Origin: an uncultured archaeon
GTDB lineage: Archaea; Asgardarchaeota; Lokiarchaeia; Sigyniarchaeales; SOKP01
Length of the DNA stretch: 39,660 nt
NCBI GenBank assembly: GCA_964525635.1
Contig: CAZGJX010000027.1
Span: forward strand, 1-39,660
Direction: 5' to 3'
Below, piece by piece: positions 19,447-30,725 of the stretch; the first letter of the stretch is position 1; the number at the start of each line of letters is the position of its first letter. A program made the position numbers and the translations under genes. The notes under the pieces are model-generated. The model was not told the origin of the DNA and ran no database searches. It worked only from the letters and a program-made list of their open reading frames with translations.

Positions 19447-21810
19447 ATGAAATACGGCTATTTTTCAAAAGATGAAAGAGAATATATCATTACTAGACCA
19501 GATACTCCTACTCCATGGATAAACTATCTTAGCAATGGAAAATATTGCGCAATGATTTCAAATACAGGAGGAGGATATAGTTTTTATGTAGATCCAAAAG
19601 AACAAAGAATCCTTAGATACAGATATAATAATATACCAATAGATAGACCCGGGAGATATATTTATATTAGAGATAATGATACTTCAGAATATTGGTCTCC
19701 CACTTGGCAACCAACTTTGAAAAAACTCGAGAATTATGAATGTAGACATGGATTAGGATATACAGGAATAAAATCATTGTATAAAGGAATTAATTGTAAT
19801 ATTCATTATCATGTACCTTTAAATGATAATATTGAAGTTTGGAAATTAGAAATAAAAAATGAATCCTCCAAACAGAAGAATCTAAATATTTTTTCTTATG
19901 TAGAATTTTGTCTTTGGGATGCTGTAAGTGATCAGAGAGATCTTCAATATATTCAAAACGTTGCAGTTTCAAAATATGATTATGATGAAAAAGCAATTAT
20001 ATACCATTTTTTTAGTCTCAAAAATGGATTGATTTTTTTTTATTCTAATGGAGATATGATAAACTATGATTGTGATAGAACTTCTTTCATAGGTAATTAT
20101 CATTCTGAATCAAATCCCATATGTGTTGAAAAGGGAATGTGTAATAATTCCGAAGCTCTTGGAGGAAATCCCATTGCTGCTATATGTAATAGGCTTATTC
20201 TAAATCCAAATGAAACTAAAGTATTAATATTTATATTAGGATTATCAAAAAATAAATCTCAAATAAATGAAATAATCCAGAGATATAGAGATCCAGAACT
20301 TATTGAAATTTCTAGAAATCAACTTAACAAGAGATGGGAAGAGTATCTTGAGAAATTTAAAGTAAATACTCCGGATGAAAACTTCAATCTACTTATTAAC
20401 ACATGGAATCCATATCAATGCAAAACAACTTTCGATTGGTCTCGTTATGTATCTTTTTATGAAACTGGTATAGGTAGAGGAATAGGATTTCGTGATTTTA
20501 ATCAAGATACTTTAGGAGTGTGTCATACAATACCTGAATTAGTCCGTAAAAAACTATTAATAATAGCTAAGAATCAATTTGAGAATGGTAAAGTATATCA
20601 TTTATATTTTCCTCTAACTGGGAAAGGAGGTTTTCCCGATTATATTAATCCTTGTATGAATTTCTTCGGTGATGATCACTTATGGATGATATTTGCAGTT
20701 AATAATTATCTAAAAGAAACCGGAGATTTCTCAATTCTAAAGGAAAAAGTAAGTTATGTTGAGGGTTCCATTGGTGATTTATATGATCATCTAAAAAGAG
20801 GAATAAATTTCACAATAGATCATCTAGGCCCCCATGGATTTCCTCTTGTAGGTACAGCAGACTGGAATGATACACTTAATTTACATGGTCCTAATGAAAA
20901 TGGTGAAAGTGTGATGATTGCGATGCAATTTCACAAAGCATTATTAGAACTTAGTGATATTGCAAGAGAACTAAATTTGATAACTGATAATGAAAAATAT
21001 CTGGATATCGCTGAAAAAACCAAAATTCATATAAACAAAAATGCTTGGGATGGGGAATGGTATATTCGCGCATTTGATGATAATGGAGCTACAATTGGAA
21101 GTCAAAAAAATGAAGATGGAAAACTCTTTCTTAATACTCAAACATGGGCAGTTATGAGTAAGGTTGCTTTAAAAGAGAGAGCCTTACAATGTATGAATTC
21201 TGTAAGAGAACACTTGGTTACTGAATATGGTATAAAATTATTAAATCCTCCCTATAGAAGATATCATCCAGAACTAGGTGGATTAACAACTTTTATTCCT
21301 GGTCTCAAAGAAAATGGTTCCATTTTTTGTCATACTAATCCTTGGGCAGAAATTGCAGAATGTATTCTTGGAAGAGGTGATTTTGCTTATGAATATTATA
21401 AAAAAATTGCACCAACAACGAAGAATGACATTGCAGAAATACATGAAGCTGAACCTTATATATATTCTCAAATGATAACAGGTAATGATCATCCAAAATA
21501 CGGTACTGCTAAAAATTCATGGTTAACGGGTACAGCAGCATGGACAATGAAAGCAGCGACAGATTGGATTCTTGGAATAAGACCAGAATTTCATGGTTTA
21601 ATTATTGATCCTTGTATACCTACTACATGGAACGAATTCAATGTTAATCGCCACTTTAGAGATTCAATTTACAATATTCAAATTAAAAATCCAAAAAATA
21701 TATCAAAAGGAATAGAAGAGATAATAATTGATAATATAACTGTTGAAAATAATTTAATTCCAGCTTTCAAAGATAATAAAAAACATAATGTTATTGTAAT
21801 AATGGGTTAA
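19447..21810 (+). CDS. GH94 glycoside phosphorylase (cellobiose/chitobiose phosphorylase family)
   Basis: MKYGYF...TPTPWINYL, GIGFRDFNQD, ADWNDTL, KENGSIFCHTNPW, NSWLTGTAAW. Confidence 0.93.
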   Translation: MKYGYFSKDEREYIITRPDTPTPWINYLSNGKYCAMISNTGGGYSFYVDPKEQRILRYRYNNIPIDRPGRYIYIRDNDTSEYWSPTWQPTLKKLENYECRHGLGYTGIKSLYKGINCNIHYHVPLNDNIEVWKLEIKNESSKQKNLNIFSYVEFCLWDAVSDQRDLQYIQNVAVSKYDYDEKAIIYHFFSLKNGLIFFYSNGDMINYDCDRTSFIGNYHSESNPICVEKGMCNNSEALGGNPIAAICNRLILNPNETKVLIFILGLSKNKSQINEIIQRYRDPELIEISRNQLNKRWEEYLEKFKVNTPDENFNLLINTWNPYQCKTTFDWSRYVSFYETGIGRGIGFRDFNQDTLGVCHTIPELVRKKLLIIAKNQFENGKVYHLYFPLTGKGGFPDYINPCMNFFGDDHLWMIFAVNNYLKETGDFSILKEKVSYVEGSIGDLYDHLKRGINFTIDHLGPHGFPLVGTADWNDTLNLHGPNENGESVMIAMQFHKALLELSDIARELNLITDNEKYLDIAEKTKIHINKNAWDGEWYIRAFDDNGATIGSQKNEDGKLFLNTQTWAVMSKVALKERALQCMNSVREHLVTEYGIKLLNPPYRRYHPELGGLTTFIPGLKENGSIFCHTNPWAEIAECILGRGDFAYEYYKKIAPTTKNDIAEIHEAEPYIYSQMITGNDHPKYGTAKNSWLTGTAAWTMKAATDWILGIRPEFHGLIIDPCIPTTWNEFNVNRHFRDSIYNIQIKNPKNISKGIEEIIIDNITVENNLIPAFKDNKKHNVIVIMG

Positions 21811-21886
21811 TCTTTTTTTTAATTACTTTTTCCTTAATTATGAAACAAGAAGTAGAGAAATAAGATAAAAAATAAAACTATTAAAA

Positions 21887-22288
21887 TTAAATAAAATCTG
21901 TTAATTGTTTTGCACATTCTTGAGCGGTAAATAACGCATCTCGTGGTCCTGCTTGAGGATTAATATAACATACTAAAGCACCATTTCCTCCTATAGGTAT
22001 CGGACAAATTATAATATGACCTTTACCTGTTATATTTGTACCTATTTTTCTTTCTTCAGTATTTTCTACTATCATATATTTTATTCCTTGAATAACAATA
22101 CTGGAAATTCCTTTTTCTCCAAGTTTTAATTTTTTCTGGAGTAATTGATTGATAAGAGATAAATCACTTGAAATATCCCAATTTTCTGTTTGAGTTTTCA
22201 ATTGTCCATCTTTATTAATAATTGCAACTCCAAATATATTTTGTTCTTTATCTAAAAGCTCATCAATAATAGATTCTATATTTGACAT
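21887..22288 (-). CDS. Asgard profilin
   Basis: 133 aa; GVAII..G....QTENWDI, SIVIQGIKYMIVENTEERKIGTNITGKGHIIICP pattern of Lokiarchaeia profilins. Confidence 0.85.
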   Translation of the reverse strand: MSNIESIIDELLDKEQNIFGVAIINKDGQLKTQTENWDISSDLSLINQLLQKKLKLGEKGISSIVIQGIKYMIVENTEERKIGTNITGKGHIIICPIPIGGNGALVCYINPQAGPRDALFTAQECAKQLTDFI

Positions 22289-22396
22289 TTTTCCTAAATA
22301 TTATATGCGTGTTTTATTTATATAAGTAATATAGTACTATAATTTAAATTAATAGATTTTATAAAATTAAAAAAAAAAAATAAACGGTGTTATCGT

Positions 22397-22945
22397 TTGG
22401 TTATTAGAATTTGGAAAAAAGGAGTCACCTTAACATTAAGAGAGAAACGAACTTTTATGATATTTACATCGATTTATACTTTATTGATCTTTTTAACAAG
22501 TTTATTTTGGGAATCTACATGGAATCAAGGTCTTGCTAGTCTTCAAGGGTATTTAGTATTAATATTTCTTTTTACTAGTTTAATCTTATCACTACTTTAT
22601 GCTTGGATCTTAGTATCCCGAAAACGAAGAGATTGGGCTACTCTTAAATGTATTGGATATACTAATAAAAACATAATTGCGATTGTTTCAGGAATAATTT
22701 TATTCACTACACTTACGGGATTATTCATTGTAATTGAATTAGTTTTTCACTATACGGCGATTTATTCTTATCTTTATAGTGCTGATATAATATTTGAAGA
22801 TATCCCACGAATCTTAATAGGACTTGTACCTATAATCGCCACTAGCTTTCTTTTCATCTTTGTACAGTTGCTTTCAATAGCATTAATTTATAGAAAAGTA
22901 TTAAAAGTAAGGCCAATAATTGCCTTAAAAAGAGTAGGTGAGTAA
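22397..22945 (+). CDS. Minimal FtsX/MacB-like ABC permease
   Basis: Four TM segments; RKRRDWATLKCIGYT and C-terminal KVRPIIALK motifs. Confidence 0.8.
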   Translation: MVIRIWKKGVTLTLREKRTFMIFTSIYTLLIFLTSLFWESTWNQGLASLQGYLVLIFLFTSLILSLLYAWILVSRKRRDWATLKCIGYTNKNIIAIVSGIILFTTLTGLFIVIELVFHYTAIYSYLYSADIIFEDIPRILIGLVPIIATSFLFIFVQLLSIALIYRKVLKVRPIIALKRVGE

Positions 22946-22950
22946 AAAAA

Positions 22951-23643
22951 ATGCCAATAGATAAAGATACAATGATTGAGGCAATTGATGTCAATAAAGA
23001 ATATAGACGTGCTGGTGCAATAATTCACGCATTAAATGATGTTAATTTGTCAATAAAATCAGGAGAATTTGTAATTATTCAAGGACCTACTGGTTGTGGT
23101 AAGTCCACTTTATTAAATGTATTATCTGGTTTAGATTTACCTGATTCTGGAAAAATAATATTTGATGGAGAAAATATTGCCAGAGCAAAAGAAGATCGAC
23201 TGGCAAGAATAAGGAGAATGAAAGTTGGATTTGTCTTTCAAGATTTTAATTTGATTAATACTCTTACAGCGATTGAAAATGTAGAGAGTGTATTATGGCC
23301 CACCGTCTTAAGAACTTCTGAAATTGAGAGAAGGGCAATTACCGCTCTTAGAGACGTTACTTTATTGGATAGAAAAGATCATTTTCCAGTTCAATTAAGT
23401 GGAGGGGAAAAACAAAAATGTGGATTAGCTAGAGCAATTATTCATAGGCCAAGAGTTATTCTAGCTGATGAACCTACAGGAAATCTTGACCCTCAATCAG
23501 AAAAAGAAATTATGGATTTATTAAAAAAGATTAATAATGATTCAGATACTACTATTGTTGTTGTGACACATCGAGAAAAATTAAATAGCTATGCAAATAA
23601 AATTATAAAAATGCAAAATGGAAAAGTTCAAAGCGTTAAATAA
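22951..23643 (+). CDS. ABC transporter ATP-binding protein (LolD/MacB-like)
   Basis: GPTGCGKST, LSGGE, ILADEPTGNLD, VVTH. Confidence 0.93.
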   Translation: MPIDKDTMIEAIDVNKEYRRAGAIIHALNDVNLSIKSGEFVIIQGPTGCGKSTLLNVLSGLDLPDSGKIIFDGENIARAKEDRLARIRRMKVGFVFQDFNLINTLTAIENVESVLWPTVLRTSEIERRAITALRDVTLLDRKDHFPVQLSGGEKQKCGLARAIIHRPRVILADEPTGNLDPQSEKEIMDLLKKINNDSDTTIVVVTHREKLNSYANKIIKMQNGKVQSVK

Positions 23644-23899
23644 TCATACTACTAAAATCTAATTAAAGAAATTTATTTTTATTTTATTTTAATATTTCAG
23701 AGATAATATTTTTAAATAACCGGAAAAATTTATTTATTAAATAGACTTTATGATTAAAGTTTTATATGTATTTATAAATGGAATTAAGTTTAAATGAGTA
23801 TAATTCTATTAGAGGAAATATCAAAAATGTATTAATTTTTTATACGATTTTATTTTAATAACTATTATTTATATGAAAAAATAAGGAAATGGTTAGTTT

Positions 23900-24913
23900 A
23901 TGTCTCGTGAAATTGGAGGAATATTAGTTAGTAGATTAATTGTGTTAATTTGTCTTATATTGATTCCTATCTCCACATTCTCAATCTTTATAGTATATGA
24001 GTTTCAATTATGGTATACAAATGATCCAACAACGACATTTTGGATCACTAAAGTACTCTGTCCGATTGTATTTTGTCTCTCCTGGTTATTTTTTATAGGT
24101 TTATTTCTCAATAGGTTAGCAATGACTTTTGATTCAATGGATAAAACAGTGTCTATCATTCCTTTAAGATTAAAAATGTTTTATGGAGCAATCGCCTTAA
24201 TCGTATTATTTATATTCGTTTTACCACTAATTACTCCCTTAATAGCGATAATTAGTTTTATGTCAATAGCTTGGCAGATAACAACTCATAAAAAAGATAA
24301 TTGGGGAGAAAAGTCTAAAACACCTTTCTTCACAAGATTCCTCATGATTATTTTTGCTATACTGCCTATTTTTTGTGCAGCTTCTATTATTAATGGGTAT
24401 CTAGGACTTTCATATTTCTTATCAAAGGAGATTTGGGATCCTCTAACTATGTATGTTTATATATTATGTTACTGTTTATGTACAGCTTTAGCAGTAGGAT
24501 CGCTTTTTGTGTTAGCAGCTAATAAAGGTGTAAGTGAATATGAGTCAATCCTTGTAGAAAAAACACAAAAGAAGAAAATGTGGTATGTACACATAATTGA
24601 ATTAGGATTATTTGTATTCCTTTTGTTGTTAGCAATTGGAGAATTACCAATTATTAATTTTTTCTATACAGCAGGCTTTATCCTCATAATCCTTGTATCC
24701 ATTATTAATTATTTCACTGAAGGACAGAAAACAGGAAAATATAAAAGTCATATACTAGGTTATCTCTTGGCAGCAGTTTTTATGGGTTCAAATTTTCTAT
24801 TTGATCCCGAAAATCTTAACATTCTTGGAATTATTAGTATGATAGTTTTATCAGGAGTGTTTATCATTGTTTTTATAGTAACATTTATTACTTTAGAGGA
24901 ATCAGAATTTTAA
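23900..24913 (+). CDS. Multi-pass membrane protein of unknown function
   Basis: 337-aa ORF with roughly 9-10 hydrophobic segments. Confidence 0.75.
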   Translation: MSREIGGILVSRLIVLICLILIPISTFSIFIVYEFQLWYTNDPTTTFWITKVLCPIVFCLSWLFFIGLFLNRLAMTFDSMDKTVSIIPLRLKMFYGAIALIVLFIFVLPLITPLIAIISFMSIAWQITTHKKDNWGEKSKTPFFTRFLMIIFAILPIFCAASIINGYLGLSYFLSKEIWDPLTMYVYILCYCLCTALAVGSLFVLAANKGVSEYESILVEKTQKKKMWYVHIIELGLFVFLLLLAIGELPIINFFYTAGFILIILVSIINYFTEGQKTGKYKSHILGYLLAAVFMGSNFLFDPENLNILGIISMIVLSGVFIIVFIVTFITLEESEF

Positions 24914-25231
24914 TTTTATTTTCTTTTATTTTTATTCTATATCTTTAGTTATCCTACTTAAATTATTGATCATTTAATTTTTATCTGAAAACTTTAAAAC
25001 CAAGATAAAATCTATGAATTAATTTATTTTTATTATTATTTTAAAATTTAATAAAGAAATTGGATAAAAATTAAGAGATATCTTATTAATAAAAATACTG
25101 ATGATTAATTTAGATTTTAAATCAGATATATTTAAAATTGGAAATTATATTAATATTTTAATTGCGATTATTAATTATAATTTATTTTTTTTTGAAATAA
25201 TTATAAATATAAAGGTAGAATGTGAATAAAT

Positions 25232-27034
25232 ATGCCAATAAAAAGAGAGGATACCTTTCAAATAAACGAAAATAAAATTTGGTTTAAAAAATGGTGGCCT
25301 AAAAATTGTCCTAAGAACACTATTTTTGAAGAAAAAACCCTAAATGAAATATTAGATGAAAAAGTTGAGAAATATGGAGATAAGAATTTTATATGGTTTT
25401 TACATACTTGGGTTTCTTATAAACAATTCTATGATTATGTACTAAGGTTTGCTACAGCTCTTGATTCTCTAGGAGTTAAAAAAGGGGATGTAATAGCTTT
25501 ACATTTACCCAATTGTATTCAATATGTTGTAGCATATTATGCAATTACGAGAATAGGCGCAATTGTTTCAGGGATTAATCCTACTTATAAATCAATGGAA
25601 TCCTTACACCAAATGGAAATTATTAAACCAAAAATACTAATAGCATTAGATTCATTATATAGAGATGAAATAAAGCCTATTATTGATAAAACTAGTGTTG
25701 AAATTGTTATTTATACAAATGTTGCTGATTTAGCTCATGGTTTAGGTATTAAGAGGCCTTTAGGTAAATTATTTAAAAAGATTCCAACTGGAAAAGTTGA
25801 CTTTCCTAATGCACTTAAATTTAAAGATCTATTATTGATGGAACCAAATGTACCAAAAGTAAATATTGATGTTAAAATTGATCCTGCAACCTATATTATG
25901 ACCGGAGGAACTACAGGTTTAGCAAAAGCAGCGGTTTTAACTCATTTTAATGTATATGCTAACGCTTGGCAGTGTAAATTATGGCTAGGTGGAGAGGAAC
26001 CAGAATTAGGAAATATTGGTGTAATGCCTTTATTTCATAGTTTCGCTCATACAGTTGTTATGAATGCCACTGTAGTATTTGGTGGGTGGATGATGCTCTT
26101 TCCAAGACCTCCACCGACAGAAGAATTATTGGAAACAATTGAACAATTAACTACCTCACGAGGATTTGCATATGTAGGGGCTGAAATATTATTTAAACGT
26201 TTAGCAGATTTCGAAGATATGCAAAATTATCCAGGAGCAATGGGTAAATTAATTCTATGTATATCTGGCGCTGGACCACTGCATAGATCTGTACATGATA
26301 AATTTGTTGAAAATACTCATGGTAATATTGTTGAGGGATATGGACTTACTGAAGCTAGCCCTGTTGTTTGTGCGGGTAATCTATTCGGAGAGAGTCCAGT
26401 GGGAGTTATAGGATTACCATTTCCAGGTTTAGAATGGGGTATTTGGCCAATAGAGGACTTTGATAAAGGACCAATATGTATAGGGGACCCTGATGATAAA
26501 AATTTTGGAGAGGCTCATATGGGTGAATTATGTGTTCATGGATCTCAAGTTATGTTAGAATATTTAAATCAACCAGAGGAAACTAAAGATATTTTTCGAG
26601 AATATAATGGGAAGATTTGGCTTTTAACGGGAGATATTGGATTTATGAAGGAGGATGGGACAGTTGAACTTAGAGATAGAAAAAAAGAATTAATTAAAGT
26701 AAAAGGGTATTCCGTATTCCCAAAAGAAGTAGAAGAGTTAATAATGAAGCATCCTAAGATTTCAGAGGTTGCTATTGCAGGATTACCTCATGATGAATAT
26801 GGTGAAGTCGTAAAAGCTTGGATCCAACTAACTCCCGGTTCTGATTTAACGCTAAATGAAATTAAAGAGTGGGTGGAAGAAAATATAACCCATTATAAAA
26901 GACCATATTATATTGATATTATTGAAGAAATTCCAAAAAATTTAATTGGTAAAGTACAGAGAAGAATTCTTAAAATAAATGATCCAAAATATAGAGAAAA
27001 GCATGGGGAACCAATAGAACAAGATAAATTATAA
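25232..27034 (+). CDS. Long-chain fatty-acid--CoA ligase (AMP-binding enzyme)
   Basis: MTGGTTGLAK, EGYGLTEASP, TGDIG, PKNLIGKV. Confidence 0.9.
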   Translation: MPIKREDTFQINENKIWFKKWWPKNCPKNTIFEEKTLNEILDEKVEKYGDKNFIWFLHTWVSYKQFYDYVLRFATALDSLGVKKGDVIALHLPNCIQYVVAYYAITRIGAIVSGINPTYKSMESLHQMEIIKPKILIALDSLYRDEIKPIIDKTSVEIVIYTNVADLAHGLGIKRPLGKLFKKIPTGKVDFPNALKFKDLLLMEPNVPKVNIDVKIDPATYIMTGGTTGLAKAAVLTHFNVYANAWQCKLWLGGEEPELGNIGVMPLFHSFAHTVVMNATVVFGGWMMLFPRPPPTEELLETIEQLTTSRGFAYVGAEILFKRLADFEDMQNYPGAMGKLILCISGAGPLHRSVHDKFVENTHGNIVEGYGLTEASPVVCAGNLFGESPVGVIGLPFPGLEWGIWPIEDFDKGPICIGDPDDKNFGEAHMGELCVHGSQVMLEYLNQPEETKDIFREYNGKIWLLTGDIGFMKEDGTVELRDRKKELIKVKGYSVFPKEVEELIMKHPKISEVAIAGLPHDEYGEVVKAWIQLTPGSDLTLNEIKEWVEENITHYKRPYYIDIIEEIPKNLIGKVQRRILKINDPKYREKHGEPIEQDKL

Positions 27035-27104
27035 TTCTTTCTCAATTTTTATGTACTAATTATTAATGAAGGAAAAAGAGTTATAATGCTATATAATTTG
27101 AAAA

Positions 27105-27641
27105 TTAATCGAGATGAGAATTTTTGATCATAAGTTGGGTGATTCCTTCAAATGATTTTTCTACATTTTGTCCTGTCTTTGAGCTGCACTCTATAAATCC
27201 ACTTAATCCCCGAGATTTAGCAATACTAATACCCTCTTCAGGTGAGATTTCTCTTTGATCAACTAAATCAGCTTTACCTCCTACCATTAGGATTGGAAAC
27301 AATTTATCTGGCGTAATCTCTTTTTTAATAACCATTAACCAGTCATCAATGTGAGCCAAGGATGAGAAATTAGTTATATCATACATAAAAAGTGCACCAG
27401 CAGCTCCCCTTACATAAGTTGGCAAAAGGAACCTAAAGCGTTCTTCTCCTCCAAAATCCCAGATTTGTAATTTAACTTTTTTGGAATTTACTTCGAGGCT
27501 TTTCACATTAAAATCAACACCTATCGTCATAGTACTGTCTGATTTAAATAAATTGGTTAAAAATCGATGGGTAAGGGTAGTTTTACCTGTTCCTGCATCT
27601 CCAAAGATTACCAGTTTGAATGTTGCATCATAAATTGGGAT
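27105..27641 (-). CDS. Rab-like small GTPase (probable non-ATG start, ATC at 27641)
   Basis: The frame extends upstream of the ORF-track ATG and includes the P-loop: (I)PIYDATFKLVIFGDAGTGKTT...TIGVDF...WDFGGEERF...GKAD...CSSK. AGGTGA SD-like element at 27648-27653. Confidence 0.88.
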   Translation of the reverse strand: MPIYDATFKLVIFGDAGTGKTTLTHRFLTNLFKSDSTMTIGVDFNVKSLEVNSKKVKLQIWDFGGEERFRFLLPTYVRGAAGALFMYDITNFSSLAHIDDWLMVIKKEITPDKLFPILMVGGKADLVDQREISPEEGISIAKSRGLSGFIECSSKTGQNVEKSFEGITQLMIKNSHLD

Positions 27642-28080
27642 TTTTATTCACCTTAAAGAATTAAGTTTTTAATAATAGCATCTAGTTTATTATATATCTT
27701 ATATTTTTACCTTTTAAGCTCTGTATTTATTATTATTCTTATTATTTAAAAGTTATTATGTAATATAATATATAATATAACCTTTCTATTAATAAAAAAA
27801 TTTGTTTGACATAAAAATAAATGAATAATTTTTAAACCTTATCATTCTTACATTTTTTCCCATGATTTCTATGAAAACAATATTTTAATGGGAAAATTTT
27901 TAAAAGTTTTCTATTATCTATAAAAAAATTATCTTAACTATAATAAAAAAGGCTTTAGTTAGAATATTCTTACTTTTTATTAATTCAGTTTCTATTTTAG
28001 AAAATTTTTTGAGTTATCTTTAATATTTCTAAAGAATTACATTTAATATTTTATATAAAATTTAAAAGTATGCTTATTCC

Positions 28081-29796
28081 ATGGAGTTCATTGATAAAAA
28101 GAAAATTGCTGAATATTTAAAACCTCATATTCAAAAATTGTCTTTAAAAGAAATTGTAAAAATAATCGAAATTCCACCTCCAGAAATAAATTATACATAT
28201 GCAGTACCCATGTTCCAGGTAGCTAAATATGAAAAAAAATCACCTAAATTATTAGCAAAAGAATTAGTAAAAAAATTAATTCTTCCAGAATATTTAGAAA
28301 AAATCGAACCAATAGGGCCATATCTTAATTTTAGGATTAAGCCACCAATAATTTTAAATAATATTTATAAATTTAAAAAGGATTATGGCAAAATAAAGGA
28401 AATAATAGAAAAAAAAATAAACCACTCAACTAATATAGTTATAGAATATCCATCTCCAAATACTAACAAACCTCTTCATCTTGGTCATATCAGAAATATG
28501 CTTATTGGCAGTTCTCTTGTAAATCTTTTTAAATATAAAGGTTATAAGGTATACCAAGTTAATCTCAATAATGATCGTGGGATACATATTTGTAAATCTA
28601 TGTTAGCTTATAAGATGTTTGGGCAAAATCAAGAACCTAATATAAAATCTGATCACTTTGTCGGCGATTTTTATGTAAAATATAATATAATGGAAGAAGA
28701 AAATAAAAATGTAATTGAGGAAGCTCAAGATTTATTAAAAAAATGGGAGGAAAAAGATCCCGATACTCGTGCATTATGGGAAAAAATGAATCAATGGGCG
28801 ATTGATGGATTTGAAGAAACTTATAAAAGTTTAGGAATATCATTTGACAAGCAATATTTTGAATCAAATTATTATTGGAAAGGAAAAGATATTATTCTTG
28901 ATGGATTTAAAAAGGGAATCTTTGAAAAAACAAAGGATGGCGCAATTATCGCATCTCTAAAACAAAATTATAATTTACCAGACAAAATACTTCTTAGAAG
29001 TGATGGCACTTCTCTATATATAACTCAAGATATCTATTTAGCATCTCTTAAAAAGAAGGATTTTGATTATAATAGATCTATATATATCGTAGGTAGTGAA
29101 CAAGATTTATATTTTAAACAATTATTTGCCGTTTTAGATATGTTGGGATTTACAGAAGATAAATATCATTTTTCATATGGAATGATATATCTTCCTGAAG
29201 GTAAAATGAAAAGCAGAGAAGGAAAAGTAGTTGATGCAGATGATTTAATAAAAGAAATTCAAAATCTTGCAAAAGAAGAAGTTCACAAACGTTATACTGA
29301 GATATCAGAAAAAGAAAAATCTTATAGAGCTAAAATAATAGGTATAGCAGCATTAAAATTTCATATTTTAAAAATAAATCCAAAGTCAGATATAATTTTC
29401 AATCCTGAAGAAAGTATTTCTTTTGAGGGAGAAACAGGTCCATATATATTATATGTTTATGCAAGAATCGAATCCATTATTCAAAAATCAGAAGAAAATA
29501 TAGATATTGATATAAATTTCGGATTACTGGAAAATGAGAAAGAGCTAAATCTAATAAGGCAATTAAATTATTTTCCTGAAATTGTTGATCAGACTGTTAA
29601 TAATTATGATATTCATTTAATTCCTAAGTATTTATTAAATCTATGCCAATTATTCAATTCTTTCTATACCTCCTGTAAAGTTATTCAAGAAAATAAAGAA
29701 ATAGAAAGAGCTAGATTATTATTGATATTTTGTATACAAATAATTATTAAAATTGGATTGAATTTAATTGGAATTGAAACATTAGATCAAATGTAA
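28081..29796 (+). CDS. argS: Arginine--tRNA ligase
   Basis: SPNTNKPLHLGHIRN (HIGH), GKMKSREG, GETGPYILYVYAR. Confidence 0.97.
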   Translation: MEFIDKKKIAEYLKPHIQKLSLKEIVKIIEIPPPEINYTYAVPMFQVAKYEKKSPKLLAKELVKKLILPEYLEKIEPIGPYLNFRIKPPIILNNIYKFKKDYGKIKEIIEKKINHSTNIVIEYPSPNTNKPLHLGHIRNMLIGSSLVNLFKYKGYKVYQVNLNNDRGIHICKSMLAYKMFGQNQEPNIKSDHFVGDFYVKYNIMEEENKNVIEEAQDLLKKWEEKDPDTRALWEKMNQWAIDGFEETYKSLGISFDKQYFESNYYWKGKDIILDGFKKGIFEKTKDGAIIASLKQNYNLPDKILLRSDGTSLYITQDIYLASLKKKDFDYNRSIYIVGSEQDLYFKQLFAVLDMLGFTEDKYHFSYGMIYLPEGKMKSREGKVVDADDLIKEIQNLAKEEVHKRYTEISEKEKSYRAKIIGIAALKFHILKINPKSDIIFNPEESISFEGETGPYILYVYARIESIIQKSEENIDIDINFGLLENEKELNLIRQLNYFPEIVDQTVNNYDIHLIPKYLLNLCQLFNSFYTSCKVIQENKEIERARLLLIFCIQIIIKIGLNLIGIETLDQM

Positions 29797-29816
29797 AAAA
29801 AAAAAATGATATATTG

Positions 29817-30716
29817 ATGAGTTTTTTTGATTTTGAAAATATAATTGATATTAATACTGAATTTGTAATATTTGGTATACCTTGGGATTATTTAACATCA
29901 ATTAAGTCCCCAAATTCTGCGATAGCTCCTCAAAAAATAAGAGAAGTCACAAATGATTTAGCATTAACTACTGAATTAGGTTTTAAGATACCAGAATTTA
30001 AAGTGGCGGATATTGGAGATATTAGAATTATACCAAAGGAAGTAGATATGAATTTAAAGGAGATCTACAAAAATGTGGCCTCTATATGTAAACAGAATAG
30101 TAAATCAGTTCCTATTATGATTGGAGGAGATCATTTCTGTACTTTTCCCGTTTTCAAAGCTATTGGTGATAATTTCAGCGAAAAAAAAAAAATTGGAGTG
30201 ATTATTTTTGATGCACATTTGGATTTGTATGAAGAATGGGATAAGGGAGTTTATTCTCATGCTACGGTTTGCCATAGAATTTATGATTTAGAATATATGA
30301 ATAATAAAAACCTCATGATAATAGGGACAAGAGATATAGATATCCCTGAAATTGAAATAGCTAATGCTGAAAATATAACTTATCTTAATTCATACCTTAT
30401 GAGTGAACTTGGTTTAAAAAATTATGTAGATAAGATTATTGATTTTTTTAGAACATCTGGTATTGAATACTTATATGTCTCTATAGATATTGATGCATTT
30501 GATCCATCTATAGCACCCGGAACGGGATTTGCAATTCCAGGAGGTTTTACTTATAGACAATTTTGGAAGATGTTAAACATAATTTCAGATAATTTTAATA
30601 TAATTGGTTTTGATTTAGTTGAAGTTGCTCCTAATTTGGACTTAGCCAATAAAGTAACAAGTAATTTAGCTGCAAAAATAATTATTGAATTTATTTCATT
30701 CATATCCAATAAATAA
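29817..30716 (+). CDS. speB: Agmatinase (ureohydrolase family)
   Basis: GGDH, DAHLD, SIDIDAFDPSIAPGTG, DLVEVAP. Confidence 0.9.
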   Translation: MSFFDFENIIDINTEFVIFGIPWDYLTSIKSPNSAIAPQKIREVTNDLALTTELGFKIPEFKVADIGDIRIIPKEVDMNLKEIYKNVASICKQNSKSVPIMIGGDHFCTFPVFKAIGDNFSEKKKIGVIIFDAHLDLYEEWDKGVYSHATVCHRIYDLEYMNNKNLMIIGTRDIDIPEIEIANAENITYLNSYLMSELGLKNYVDKIIDFFRTSGIEYLYVSIDIDAFDPSIAPGTGFAIPGGFTYRQFWKMLNIISDNFNIIGFDLVEVAPNLDLANKVTSNLAAKIIIEFISFISNK

Positions 30717-30725
30717 GACTTAAAT

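Noticed and set aside
27660-28080. Long AT-rich intergenic region with a 9-bp inverted repeat (27855-27896) as ncRNA or origin
   Set aside because: No ORB boxes, cdc6 or GC-rich structure; likely a divergent promoter region.
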